A stretch of 64,000 nucleotides of DNA from NCBI GenBank assembly GCA_019058445.1, contig JAHPZA010000004.1:64001-128000 (forward strand), given 5' to 3'. Of the stretch, positions 31,389 to 40,213 are shown piece after piece; positions within the stretch are counted from its first letter, which is position 1; each line of letters begins with the position of its first letter. The position numbers and the translations under genes are program-made. This DNA comes from Promethearchaeota archaeon (GTDB lineage Archaea; Asgardarchaeota; Lokiarchaeia; Sigyniarchaeales; SOKP01). Below the pieces are notes generated by a model. That model saw only the letters and a list, made by a program, of their open reading frames with translations. It searched no databases and was not told where the DNA came from.

Positions 31389-31685
31389 CTAACCTTTTCC
31401 TCGGATTTTTCTAATTTCTCTTGCAACTTCCAATAAAATTTTTGATTTTTTTTTTCCTTTCCCATCAATTACTACTCTACCGGGATTATCCCACCATGAT
31501 TTTGGGTATTTGAAACTGCCCTCTACATCCGCTTTATATCCTAATCTCTTAGCCGCGGTAGCAATTTCTTTGGTGGTCACTTTTTCTATGGCAAAATTTT
31601 TGGGAAGCTTCCTTCCTTCTGACCTACTTCTCTTACTATCAAAATACTGAGGCCAAAAAATCAGAAAAGGTTTTCTCGATCTCAT
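31389..31685 (-). CDS. srp19: Signal recognition particle protein SRP19
   Basis: WPQYFDSKRSRSEGRK, YPKSWW...GRV. Confidence 0.95.
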   Translation of the reverse strand: MRSRKPFLIFWPQYFDSKRSRSEGRKLPKNFAIEKVTTKEIATAAKRLGYKADVEGSFKYPKSWWDNPGRVVIDGKGKKKSKILLEVAREIRKIRGKG

Positions 31686-31833
31686 AAAAAGTTGCTTAAA
31701 GTTATTACTAATAACATAAAAAACTCTTTAAAGAATTTAAAAATTATTAGTATGAATTATAAAACTTTGATTTTGGAATAATTTCAAGATTCTAAATTAG
31801 AAAATAGAAAAAAATGATTAATTTTACTTCATT

Positions 31834-33825
31834 TTAATTTCTCGATAGTATCTGAGTAATTTTTTGAAGGTATTCCAACGAGTTAATTTTATTATTACTT
31901 AAATCATCATAAATCTGCTGTAATTCTTCTAAATTATTTTTAATACGATCAAAGAATTCCTTAGAGTCTATCAAGTTGTTTATTGTATTTCTGATTTTAA
32001 ACTTCTCTTTATCTAATCTAAGTTCTTCGGGTTCGAATAAGTCCACATCTTTTTTGAACTTTATTATATAGTCCGTTATTGTATTGCAAAAATCATCAAA
32101 TTCACTTTCATTGAATTCAAAACCTAACTCGCGGCTTAAACCTATTTTACTAAGATCTCCCCATGATACATCAGCTCCTTTTATTGGAATGATTTGAATT
32201 TTATGTGTCCGAGCTAATTCAAGTTCATGAGCGCAATCCACAGAATTAAATACAGATTTCTGAGATGCGAAAAATAGTAAAAGTTGGGATTCAGGTACTC
32301 GTTCATTCATAAAGTCATCAATATTGCCTGATAAATCCTCCTCACAATAGAATGCTTGATAAATTTCATTTTGTTCTTTAAGAATCTCTGATATTTTATC
32401 AATCTTAAAGTAATCAAAATCAGCAACCGCATGGCTTAAGAATATGTTTAATGTTGCGTTTTTCCTACAAAATTTTAAGATTTCAGGGATCTCTTTAGTA
32501 ATAACTTTCTGTGATTCTTCATTCCATGGATTATTCTCTAATAAGAGTTGTGTTAGGTTATCTAAAGACCATATTGGTCCAGGGAGTTCAGAAAAATTAT
32601 TCATCCTTAAATCAAGATAATCCAAAGCTTCTAAGTTACCTATCGATCTAGGAAGTGATTTTAATTTGTTGGAGATTAAACTTAACTTTTCGAGTGATTT
32701 GAGTTCTCCTATTTCATCTGGTATATCTTCAAATTCATTTTGACTCAAATTTAGTAATTTAAGATTTGTTAATTTTCGAATGGAACTAATGATAGTTTTC
32801 AACTCATTACTACTTAGACTGAGATATTCTAATGACGATAAGTTTCCTATAGAATCCGGTAATTTATTTATTTTATTATACCCCAATTCTAAGTTTTTTA
32901 GTGAATTTAAATTTCCAATTGATTCCGGAATTGAAATAATTTGATTACTTTCTAAATCAAGACTTTTTAATTCCACAAGATTTCCTATTGAAGCCGGGAT
33001 ACTTACTAATTTACCACGTTTTATTTGCATTTTTTGAAGTGATTTGAGATTTCCAATCGATTCTGGCAGTGAGCCAAAATTTTTTGCATTTCTTATACTG
33101 AGTTCCCTAAGTGATATAAGTCCCCCAATAGTTTCAGGAAGAGATTCAAAAATAGTATTACCAGACAAATCTAGTTCTTCAAGATACGAAAGGTTTCCAA
33201 TAGAATTTGGAAGTGTTTTAAGATTATCAATATTCCGTAAATCTAAAATATTAAGATAAGAAAGATTTCCTATCGAATCGGGGAGATTATTTATATTTTT
33301 ATTACTTGCTAGGATTAATTCTTTAAGAGAAGTAAGATTTCCTATGAAGTCTGGAAGATGTGGTATTTGAGTAGAACTTAAATCTAACTTTTCAAGCGCA
33401 TTTAAGTTTTCCATAGAGTCTGGTAAGTTAATTCCTCTATTTATACTTAATAACAATGTTTTGAGAGATCTAAGTTCTCCAATCGAACTCGGAAGAGTCT
33501 CTAATCTATTGTTAGTCAAATCCAAAATTTCTAAGGATTTAAGATTTCCAATCGATTCGGGGAGCGTTTTCAATTCATTATTTTTTAAATAAAGAGCCCT
33601 AAGCGATGCTAAATTTCCAATTGATTCGGGGAGTTCTGGTAATCCGCTCACCATCATTGTTATTGAAATAATCTCATTATTCTCAACTTCATAATACATA
33701 TTTCTATTTAGATTACTAGTCTCAACTTCCTGTTTACTTGGTACTGGACGTTTAAATCTTGATAAATTGCCCAATTCTTTTAGTAATTCCAAATCTTCCC
33801 ATTTTAAATTATTTACATCTGCCAT
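31834..33825 (-). CDS. LRR-TIR domain protein (soluble)
   Basis: About 16 LRRs (LP.SIGNL..L..L.L..N), then TIR: IFLSHA, SQKSVFNSVDCAHELELA with the conserved Glu. Confidence 0.88.
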   Translation of the reverse strand: MADVNNLKWEDLELLKELGNLSRFKRPVPSKQEVETSNLNRNMYYEVENNEIISITMMVSGLPELPESIGNLASLRALYLKNNELKTLPESIGNLKSLEILDLTNNRLETLPSSIGELRSLKTLLLSINRGINLPDSMENLNALEKLDLSSTQIPHLPDFIGNLTSLKELILASNKNINNLPDSIGNLSYLNILDLRNIDNLKTLPNSIGNLSYLEELDLSGNTIFESLPETIGGLISLRELSIRNAKNFGSLPESIGNLKSLQKMQIKRGKLVSIPASIGNLVELKSLDLESNQIISIPESIGNLNSLKNLELGYNKINKLPDSIGNLSSLEYLSLSSNELKTIISSIRKLTNLKLLNLSQNEFEDIPDEIGELKSLEKLSLISNKLKSLPRSIGNLEALDYLDLRMNNFSELPGPIWSLDNLTQLLLENNPWNEESQKVITKEIPEILKFCRKNATLNIFLSHAVADFDYFKIDKISEILKEQNEIYQAFYCEEDLSGNIDDFMNERVPESQLLLFFASQKSVFNSVDCAHELELARTHKIQIIPIKGADVSWGDLSKIGLSRELGFEFNESEFDDFCNTITDYIIKFKKDVDLFEPEELRLDKEKFKIRNTINNLIDSKEFFDRIKNNLEELQQIYDDLSNNKINSLEYLQKITQILSRN

Positions 33826-34016
33826 TGTTAACCATATCTCTTTAGTAATTATTTCTTTTATATGTTAAAGTGACTGTTTTTACCGTAAAAACAAATAATT
33901 AATACTGATTTTTAATATTTGCTTAAAGTTATTTTAATTTCAAATTTCTAAAAAAGATTTCAATGAACGTAAACTTAATTTAAAAAAAATTCTAATTATT
34001 TTATAAAAAAGCCAAA

Positions 34017-34649
34017 GTGATGATAATTCAAGAAAAGCTAAAATTATTAACTGAGAGTCTTAAAGAAGATTTAAAGGTCCCAGAAGAAGTAATTTATTTA
34101 TTACTGAATTTGAATGAGGATGTTAGATTAATTGAAAGTAAGAGTATATTGATCCAAGCATTAATAGATATGATTATTAAAACAAAATCCTCGATTATAA
34201 TATATACTCCATTTGCTATTCCTGAGATTTTACAAACTGCATCGGAATTTGCATATCAGAGAAAAAGTGCAAGGTTTTTGCTTACATGTAAATGGGATAT
34301 GATGGCATATGGAGATATAATTAAAAAAATGAGAATGCTGGGAAACATCTTTTTTCGAAATATTGACATGCCATCTAAATATTATTTATGTTCTCGAGAT
34401 GCCAGTGATTGGTTATTAGGAATATCTAGTGAAAGTGAAACTATAACTATTCAATGTTCAGATGAAAATAAATCTAATGTTATTGCTGAAATCATGTCAT
34501 ATTTTTTTGAAATATCAAAACCAATGGACGTTGCATTTAAAGTAGCAGCAATGAAAGCAAAAATAGAAAAGAAAAAAATTAAAGACGCAAAGAAAAAGGC
34601 TAAAAAAGAAAGAAAAAAAGAAAAAAAGATGAAAAAAATGTATAAATAA
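34017..34649 (+). CDS. Hypothetical protein (possibly TrmB C-terminal-like) with Lys-rich tail
   Basis: MIIKTKSSIIIYTP and CSRDASDWLLG patterns; KKAKKERKKEKK tail. Confidence 0.5.
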   Translation: MMIIQEKLKLLTESLKEDLKVPEEVIYLLLNLNEDVRLIESKSILIQALIDMIIKTKSSIIIYTPFAIPEILQTASEFAYQRKSARFLLTCKWDMMAYGDIIKKMRMLGNIFFRNIDMPSKYYLCSRDASDWLLGISSESETITIQCSDENKSNVIAEIMSYFFEISKPMDVAFKVAAMKAKIEKKKIKDAKKKAKKERKKEKKMKKMYK

Positions 34650-34703
34650 GGATAGATAGTTAAAAATAAATTGTAATTACCATTTTTATTATTGCTTTTC
34701 ATA

Positions 34704-34713
34704 GTTTTTAATA
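34704..34713 (+). promoter_or_regulatory. Possible TATA box of tRNA-Pro
   Basis: TTTTTAATA about 15-24 nt upstream of the mature 5' end; weak evidence in an AT-rich context. Confidence 0.35.
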
Positions 34714-34727
34714 CCCTTACCTCACAT

Positions 34728-34860
34728 GGGAGGGTGGTCTAGCTTGGTATGATACATAATTTGTCGTTCAGCCAAATTAGGCGAATCGGCTGGGGCAGTC
34801 AAAGCTTTTGCTTGGATTACAGAAGCCGAGTGGCCGGGGGTTCAATTCCCCCCTCTCCCA
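34728..34860 (+). tRNA. trnP: tRNA-Pro(GGG) with two introns (about 34756-34785 at 27/28; 34796-34824 at 37/38)
   Basis: Acceptor GGGAGGG/CTCTCCC+A; D-arm GTCTAGCTTGGTATGAT; anticodon stem CTCGG/CCGAG with CT-GGG-G after removing two hairpin introns; T-arm GGGGG-TTCAATT-CCCCC. Confidence 0.9.
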
Positions 34861-34866
34861 TTTTAA

Positions 34867-35715
34867 TCAATAATAATCGAAAGAGCCATATTTTTCACAG
34901 TATTTTGAAAAAATTTTAGATTTATTTTCTTGAAAAAAGGTCGATTGAACCATAATGTGGCAATTTCTACACAAACATATACAATTTTCATTTATAATAA
35001 TATTTCTAAGTTTATCCATATCCGAAACTGTTATAAAATAGTAAGAAATAGGTTTAGTTTTTTTCAAAGGATCAAGATGGTGAATTTCAAGTGCTGGTAA
35101 ATTGTCAATATTATTGAATGTAATCCCAAAACCGCAACTAGTACAATACCCTCTGCATATATCTAAAATCATTAATTTTTTTCTTACAATCCGTTGTATA
35201 CCTTGTCTTAATGCATGATTAGGGATTAGTGTTGGGGTAATTACTGTGGGATCATGAATCTTAAGAATTATATCCATATATTCATAAAAGAATTTAGATT
35301 GAAGTTTCATATGACAATTCCTACAAATAACGATCACTTTTTGTTTTATTATTTCATTTTTAATTATTGACCAATTTTTATAGCGCACACTTCTCCAAAA
35401 ACCTTTTTCCCTTGCTTTTATAGTTGATAATTCAGGATCAAGATGGTGGAAGTCTAACATTGGAAGGTTATCAATGCCCACCTCATTACAAATTTGACAT
35501 CTGTTCAAATCCTTAGTAACGAACCTTATAGCTTGGATTTTATTAATCCAACTCTTCATCTGTAGTCTATAAGCTTCTGCTTTTATATCACATTTTTTAC
35601 ATGTAGGTCTTCTTTTTTTTGAATTTGTATAAAATTTGAATTCAGAATACGGTTTAATTTGATGACATTTGCTACATTCTTTTTCTTTTTTTTCTGAATT
35701 ATTATATAAACTCAT
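34867..35715 (-). CDS. Protein with N-terminal Zn finger and two tandem HNH-like nuclease domains
   Basis: CSKC...CKKC; CQIC..LDFHHLDP..ICRNCH and CTSC..LEIHHLDP..LCRNCH. Confidence 0.8.
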   Translation of the reverse strand: MSLYNNSEKKEKECSKCHQIKPYSEFKFYTNSKKRRPTCKKCDIKAEAYRLQMKSWINKIQAIRFVTKDLNRCQICNEVGIDNLPMLDFHHLDPELSTIKAREKGFWRSVRYKNWSIIKNEIIKQKVIVICRNCHMKLQSKFFYEYMDIILKIHDPTVITPTLIPNHALRQGIQRIVRKKLMILDICRGYCTSCGFGITFNNIDNLPALEIHHLDPLKKTKPISYYFITVSDMDKLRNIIINENCICLCRNCHIMVQSTFFQENKSKIFSKYCEKYGSFDYY

Positions 35716-35835
35716 TTTTTGCTTATATTTAGTAGAATTTTAATTTACATTATAATTGAAATTGCTATATTTAAAGGAAAATAATGTGAGCCCAAAGAAA
35801 GAAGAATAATATATCAAAGGAAAAAGAATAAAAGA

Positions 35836-37113
35836 TTAATAGGTCTTTTTATCAATTTCTTCTTCGACATATTTGATATGGTTTTTAAGCTTATTTCTTA
35901 ATTCTTCTTTATTTGTTGCTAAACTCAATACTAATTGGCAATCTTGACAAAGAGCTACTATATTGTAAATTGAATTAAGTCCCCCTTTATGTGGAGGTGT
36001 TATGTATTCAAGTTCTAAATATGGTTTATTATTCCTGTCGACATGGGGAGATTTTTTTCCACAATTTTCACAATATCCATCAGCTCTGAATAATACATAT
36101 TCTTCAATATTATCGGTCTTTTTAAATCCCCGTATTTTAATTTCTACTGGTGATGGAATTTCTTCTAAATTTTTCACTCTCTTCCTTATATTAAGAAATT
36201 CGGGATTAGCAATTCTATTTACTTTTAGTAAAACCGCATCTCTAAATTGAGTAACTATTTTTCCATCCTTATTTTGTCTTATTTCTATTCCAGTGCATTT
36301 TAAAGGATCTTCAATAGTTAATAAAATCGTTCTTTCTTTTCCTTTAATAATTTCACCATATTTAATGGGAAATGGTTGCTCTAGTTTCTTTGGTTTATAA
36401 CCAAAAATTGAAGCGATATTTACAGCAAATTCATTAAAATCAAAATAAGCTTTTCTAAAGAAACTTAAAGCATCGATTTTCAAATAGTAAGATGTCTTAT
36501 TAATTGATCGTTCTTGAGGATTGTCAGGTAGATAGATTACTAACTTTTCTTCAGGATTGAGTTGTAAAAAAGTATGATCAATTATTCCTTGGTAATGTTG
36601 TTCTAAATCTCTATACTGTTTAATTCTTGAACCTGATTTTTTCCAATAAATATTGAATTCCCTTTTTATATCTTCCTTGAATTTATAATTATTTAAGTTC
36701 TTCATAACAGCATTAAAACTTCTAGGAACATTAAAAATCGAAGTTTCTTTCTTTATTATCTTGAGAAAGTAATCCTGCATTATTCTCATTGAATTAAGGA
36801 AGGGATTGAAATCGATTACCATATCAACTAATACTGGAGACCAGAAATTGATTCTTTCTGTATTTAATGATAAAGAAGGCTTTTGCATTTTAAATTGTTG
36901 TACACAAAACCTCGCACTTTCTTCCATAGAAAGCAAACGATAAATACCTGAATATGCTCGAAATAAGAACCATTCAATATTGGCTTTTTGATTAATAATC
37001 TCGATAATATCTTTAGGATTTCTACCATTAACTTTAGAGGCTATAGATTCTAACCAGCCTCCTAAATTTTGAAATAAGTTATATTGATTAAAAAAATTAA
37101 CATTATAGTACAA
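35836..37113 (-). CDS. HEPN-like (RxxxxH) domain fused to a degenerate HNH domain
   Basis: YRDLEQH in a helical N-terminal domain; C-terminal RADGYCENC..PYLELEYI..GG..NIVALCQDCQ with the HNH His residues replaced. Confidence 0.65.
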   Translation of the reverse strand: MYYNVNFFNQYNLFQNLGGWLESIASKVNGRNPKDIIEIINQKANIEWFLFRAYSGIYRLLSMEESARFCVQQFKMQKPSLSLNTERINFWSPVLVDMVIDFNPFLNSMRIMQDYFLKIIKKETSIFNVPRSFNAVMKNLNNYKFKEDIKREFNIYWKKSGSRIKQYRDLEQHYQGIIDHTFLQLNPEEKLVIYLPDNPQERSINKTSYYLKIDALSFFRKAYFDFNEFAVNIASIFGYKPKKLEQPFPIKYGEIIKGKERTILLTIEDPLKCTGIEIRQNKDGKIVTQFRDAVLLKVNRIANPEFLNIRKRVKNLEEIPSPVEIKIRGFKKTDNIEEYVLFRADGYCENCGKKSPHVDRNNKPYLELEYITPPHKGGLNSIYNIVALCQDCQLVLSLATNKEELRNKLKNHIKYVEEEIDKKTY

Positions 37114-37219
37114 ATAAGTTTACCTCTATTAATCTAAAATAATGAGTTTATTCTCTACTAAATCTATTTTTTTATTATTATTTTAATAAATAAAGTGACT
37201 ACAAGTTTAATGAAAATTT

Positions 37220-37298
37220 GGCTAGGGCAGTCAAAGCATTAGCTTAGTTTACAGAAGCCGAGTAGTCGGGGGTTCAATTCCCCCCTCTCCCATTTTAA
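37220..37298 (+). repeat. tRNA-Pro 3' remnant 1 (att-like; includes anticodon loop and the 37/38 intron)
   Basis: 72/79 identical to 34788-34866 by manual alignment. Confidence 0.95.
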
Positions 37299-37409
37299 CA
37301 CTTTTAATTTATAAAGAACTTTTTCTATATCTATATATTCTCTATAGATCTATTATTATTCTATATACTATGGTGATGATCTATATATATTGTTTTATAT
37401 AATATTAAA

Positions 37410-38114
37410 TTGAAGGATATGATGGCGAAATGTCAAAATTTAATGAATAAATTAAAAACTGATTCTAAGAATAATCATTTGTCAATAGATACAATATGGG
37501 AAGAAACTTGCACTCTTCGCAGTGGAGGTTTTGTGGGAGGAATAATTTTTTTATTTCCATCTGTTTTATTACTGCTGATGTTGATATTTATCTTTCCATT
37601 TGGTGCTCTATTATTTGGCATCCCACTTTTAATATTATCATTTTCATGTATTTATAATTCTAATACTCCGTTGATAAGATTTACAAATTCTGAGCTTATT
37701 GTTAGAAATAATGATTTAAAAAGAAAGAAGCATTTCCTTCTTTCTCAAATAAAAGAAATACACATAATTATCATTAAGAGAAAAGTATATTGTAAGAATG
37801 GAACTTATTATGCTTATTCGAAATTCAAATTTAATATTTTAACACTTTCTCGCGAATATCGTTATAAATTTTATTGGGGTTTTTATGAAGCGACTAAATT
37901 TCTTTTTAAAGGATATTCAGAAGCTAAACAAAAAGCAATCGAAAAAAGGTCTGAATTTGAGAGGGCTCTTAAAAATTTAGAAAAAATTTTTCCAGATCTA
38001 ATTGATTTTATAGATTTAGTTCCACCAGAGAAATCTGAATCCGGGTGGATAGGGATACTATGTTTAATTGGAATTTGTATCTTAGTAGGAATTTCTATTT
38101 TTTTTTGGAGCTAA
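37410..38114 (+). CDS. Hypothetical membrane protein (2 TM + soluble domain + C-terminal TM)
   Basis: Hydrophobic hairpin near the N-terminus; its stop codon lies inside tRNA remnant 2. Confidence 0.65.
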   Translation: MKDMMAKCQNLMNKLKTDSKNNHLSIDTIWEETCTLRSGGFVGGIIFLFPSVLLLLMLIFIFPFGALLFGIPLLILSFSCIYNSNTPLIRFTNSELIVRNNDLKRKKHFLLSQIKEIHIIIIKRKVYCKNGTYYAYSKFKFNILTLSREYRYKFYWGFYEATKFLFKGYSEAKQKAIEKRSEFERALKNLEKIFPDLIDFIDLVPPEKSESGWIGILCLIGICILVGISIFFWS

Positions 38115-38148
38115 GTTGCCAGGGGTTCAATTCCCCCCTCTCCCATTT
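38107..38148 (+). repeat. tRNA-Pro 3' remnant 2
   Basis: GGAGCTAAGTTGCCAGGGGTTCAATTCCCCCCTCTCCCATTT; 37/42 identical to 34822-34863. Confidence 0.9.
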
Positions 38149-38271
38149 AAACTAATAATCTTCAAAAATTTCTAAATTAAAAATTGGACTCCTTTATGAA
38201 TAAATTCTATACTGATTTTTTGAATTTAATTTCCAACCATATTGCATAAGAATTTTGAGTAGAAGTTAAAA

Positions 38272-38862
38272 ATGGCTTCAAATGAAAAAAAGTCAAAAGA
38301 AGAAATAAAAAAGGAGATTATTCAATTTTTAAATATCACTTCTGGAAAAGTGGATCATAGTCCAGATGAATTTAGCTGTGGAAACATACATAACACTAGT
38401 TTAGTTCTTGCGACTTGCAGCAAAGACGTTCCAAGAGCTACACCACTTGAATTCTTTAATGAAGGACTTATTATATATATATTTGGTCAAGCAGGGGGTA
38501 AAATACTCAATATCAAAAGAAATAAAAAAGTGGCAGCTGCAATTTACGAACAACCTTTGGTACATTCAAGAATCCAAAAAAATCTTCAGATATTTGGAGT
38601 GGCAGAATTAATTACTGTTAAGAATAATCCTGAATTATTTCGAGAAAAAGCGATTAAATGGAACCAATATAAGGTTGTAGAAAGCCTTTTAAAACCTGTG
38701 ATTAAACGCCAAAACTTAAGTGAGGAGGAGGTAGAAGATTTAGTTAAAAGAGGTACTGAAGCAACTTTTTTAATAAAAATTGTTCCAAACCATATTATTT
38801 TGAGAGAAATGCAAGAAGATTTCAGTATTTTTAAATCTGAATGGAAAAAAGAGAAAGAATAA
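38272..38862 (+). CDS. Pyridoxamine 5'-phosphate oxidase-like (FMN-binding split barrel) protein
   Basis: LVLATCSKDVPRATPL, K..NIKRNKKV, LQIFG.AE. Confidence 0.8.
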   Translation: MASNEKKSKEEIKKEIIQFLNITSGKVDHSPDEFSCGNIHNTSLVLATCSKDVPRATPLEFFNEGLIIYIFGQAGGKILNIKRNKKVAAAIYEQPLVHSRIQKNLQIFGVAELITVKNNPELFREKAIKWNQYKVVESLLKPVIKRQNLSEEEVEDLVKRGTEATFLIKIVPNHIILREMQEDFSIFKSEWKKEKE

Positions 38863-38947
38863 TATTATATTTCTATATTATTAAATTGAAAAAAATTTAC
38901 CAACTATTTCTAAACAAATAATTTATCTTTTCCAAAGAATATGGATA

Positions 38948-38980
38948 TGGTCGGGGGTTCAATTCCCCCATCTCCCATTT
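38948..38980 (+). repeat. tRNA-Pro 3' remnant 3
   Basis: TGGTCGGGGGTTCAATTCCCCCATCTCCCATTT; 31/33 identical to 34831-34863. Confidence 0.9.
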
Positions 38981-39123
38981 CTATTAACAAAATTTATTCC
39001 TATATTTTTCAAAAATTTCTTATAAATATTTTTGAGTTTTTAGAGAAATACAATCACATACTATACTATTTATTTATCAATGATAAAAACATAAAAAAAA
39101 GATTCCTTTTTTGCTTTAGATAA

Positions 39124-40107
39124 TTATTTCAGATACTCATCAACCCATCTTATAATCTCCTTGCTTTCTTCATCAGGTTTTACTATAGGAATACCATGCC
39201 CACAGTGCATTCGTACATACTTCCAGCTGCCTTTTACAAGTGATTTAACGCGAGCTACCTCCTCATCACTTATAGCACCCAAAAGTCGTCCCTCATACAT
39301 AAACCAATTTGCATGCAAAAATAGTATTGGTTGTGCAACCTTAGCAAGAGTTTCTGCGTGATCGAAATCTTTACCTACCGATCCATCCAAAAATGCCTTT
39401 GTGAAAGTAAAATCGAACTGTGAATTACCTTTCAGAAGAATACGTCTTTCTGGAGGCAAGAACTTTAAATCTACCGGACTATTTGGTCGGAAGAACAGTT
39501 TTATTGCAATTATTTTTGAAATGAAATTTATTATAAACTTAGGAGGTAATTTTATATTCAATACTTCTTTTGCTATACTTCCCATTAGGGTGATACTTTC
39601 CTTGAAATATTTCGGGAGGCCACCGCCACCTGGAGTTCCCATGATTTCTACAAGCATCGTAAAGACATCGTAAACCCACGTGGTTTTTATGGTCGGCCAT
39701 TCACAGAGAAAGAGCGGGGGATCTTCGCAGATCACTCCTTTCACCCATTCTGGTGAATTTGCCGCTAGCCAAACTGATAATACACCTCCTGAAGAATTAC
39801 CCCCCACTATAGCAGGCCTTCCTACAACTTCACGCAAGAAAGCAGTCATATCCTTCCCCAATATATTAAAAGTATATTTTCCCGGAGTAAATGTAGATTT
39901 GCCATGCCCACGCAGAGTTACAGCAAAGACTTGGAAGCGATGTGCAAGCTTTGGAAGAAGTAGCATATATTCTTCCCAGGTAACACCTTGTCCGGGAATA
40001 AAGACTAAAGGTGTCCCGTTGGGCGGGCCAGCTACATAATTTAATTTAATTTCACCAGTGTCAAAAAATCCCTCCTCTATTCCTGCTTTTTTTAATATTT
40101 TATTCAT
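39124..40107 (-). CDS. Alpha/beta hydrolase
   Basis: LRGHGKS, nucleophile elbow GNSSGG, EDPP, C-terminal GH. Confidence 0.9.
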   Translation of the reverse strand: MNKILKKAGIEEGFFDTGEIKLNYVAGPPNGTPLVFIPGQGVTWEEYMLLLPKLAHRFQVFAVTLRGHGKSTFTPGKYTFNILGKDMTAFLREVVGRPAIVGGNSSGGVLSVWLAANSPEWVKGVICEDPPLFLCEWPTIKTTWVYDVFTMLVEIMGTPGGGGLPKYFKESITLMGSIAKEVLNIKLPPKFIINFISKIIAIKLFFRPNSPVDLKFLPPERRILLKGNSQFDFTFTKAFLDGSVGKDFDHAETLAKVAQPILFLHANWFMYEGRLLGAISDEEVARVKSLVKGSWKYVRMHCGHGIPIVKPDEESKEIIRWVDEYLK

Positions 40108-40213
40108 TATTTTCCTTTCTCTGAGTATAATAAATTATTTCTATATAATTTACTCATTCTGAAAAAATATTGAAGATTATATAAAGATTGTTTTAATTAC
40201 TAATTTTAAGACA

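Noticed and set aside
38941-39123. 60-aa ORF MDMVGGSIPPSPI
   Set aside because: It is a translation of tRNA remnant 3 plus AT-rich spacer.
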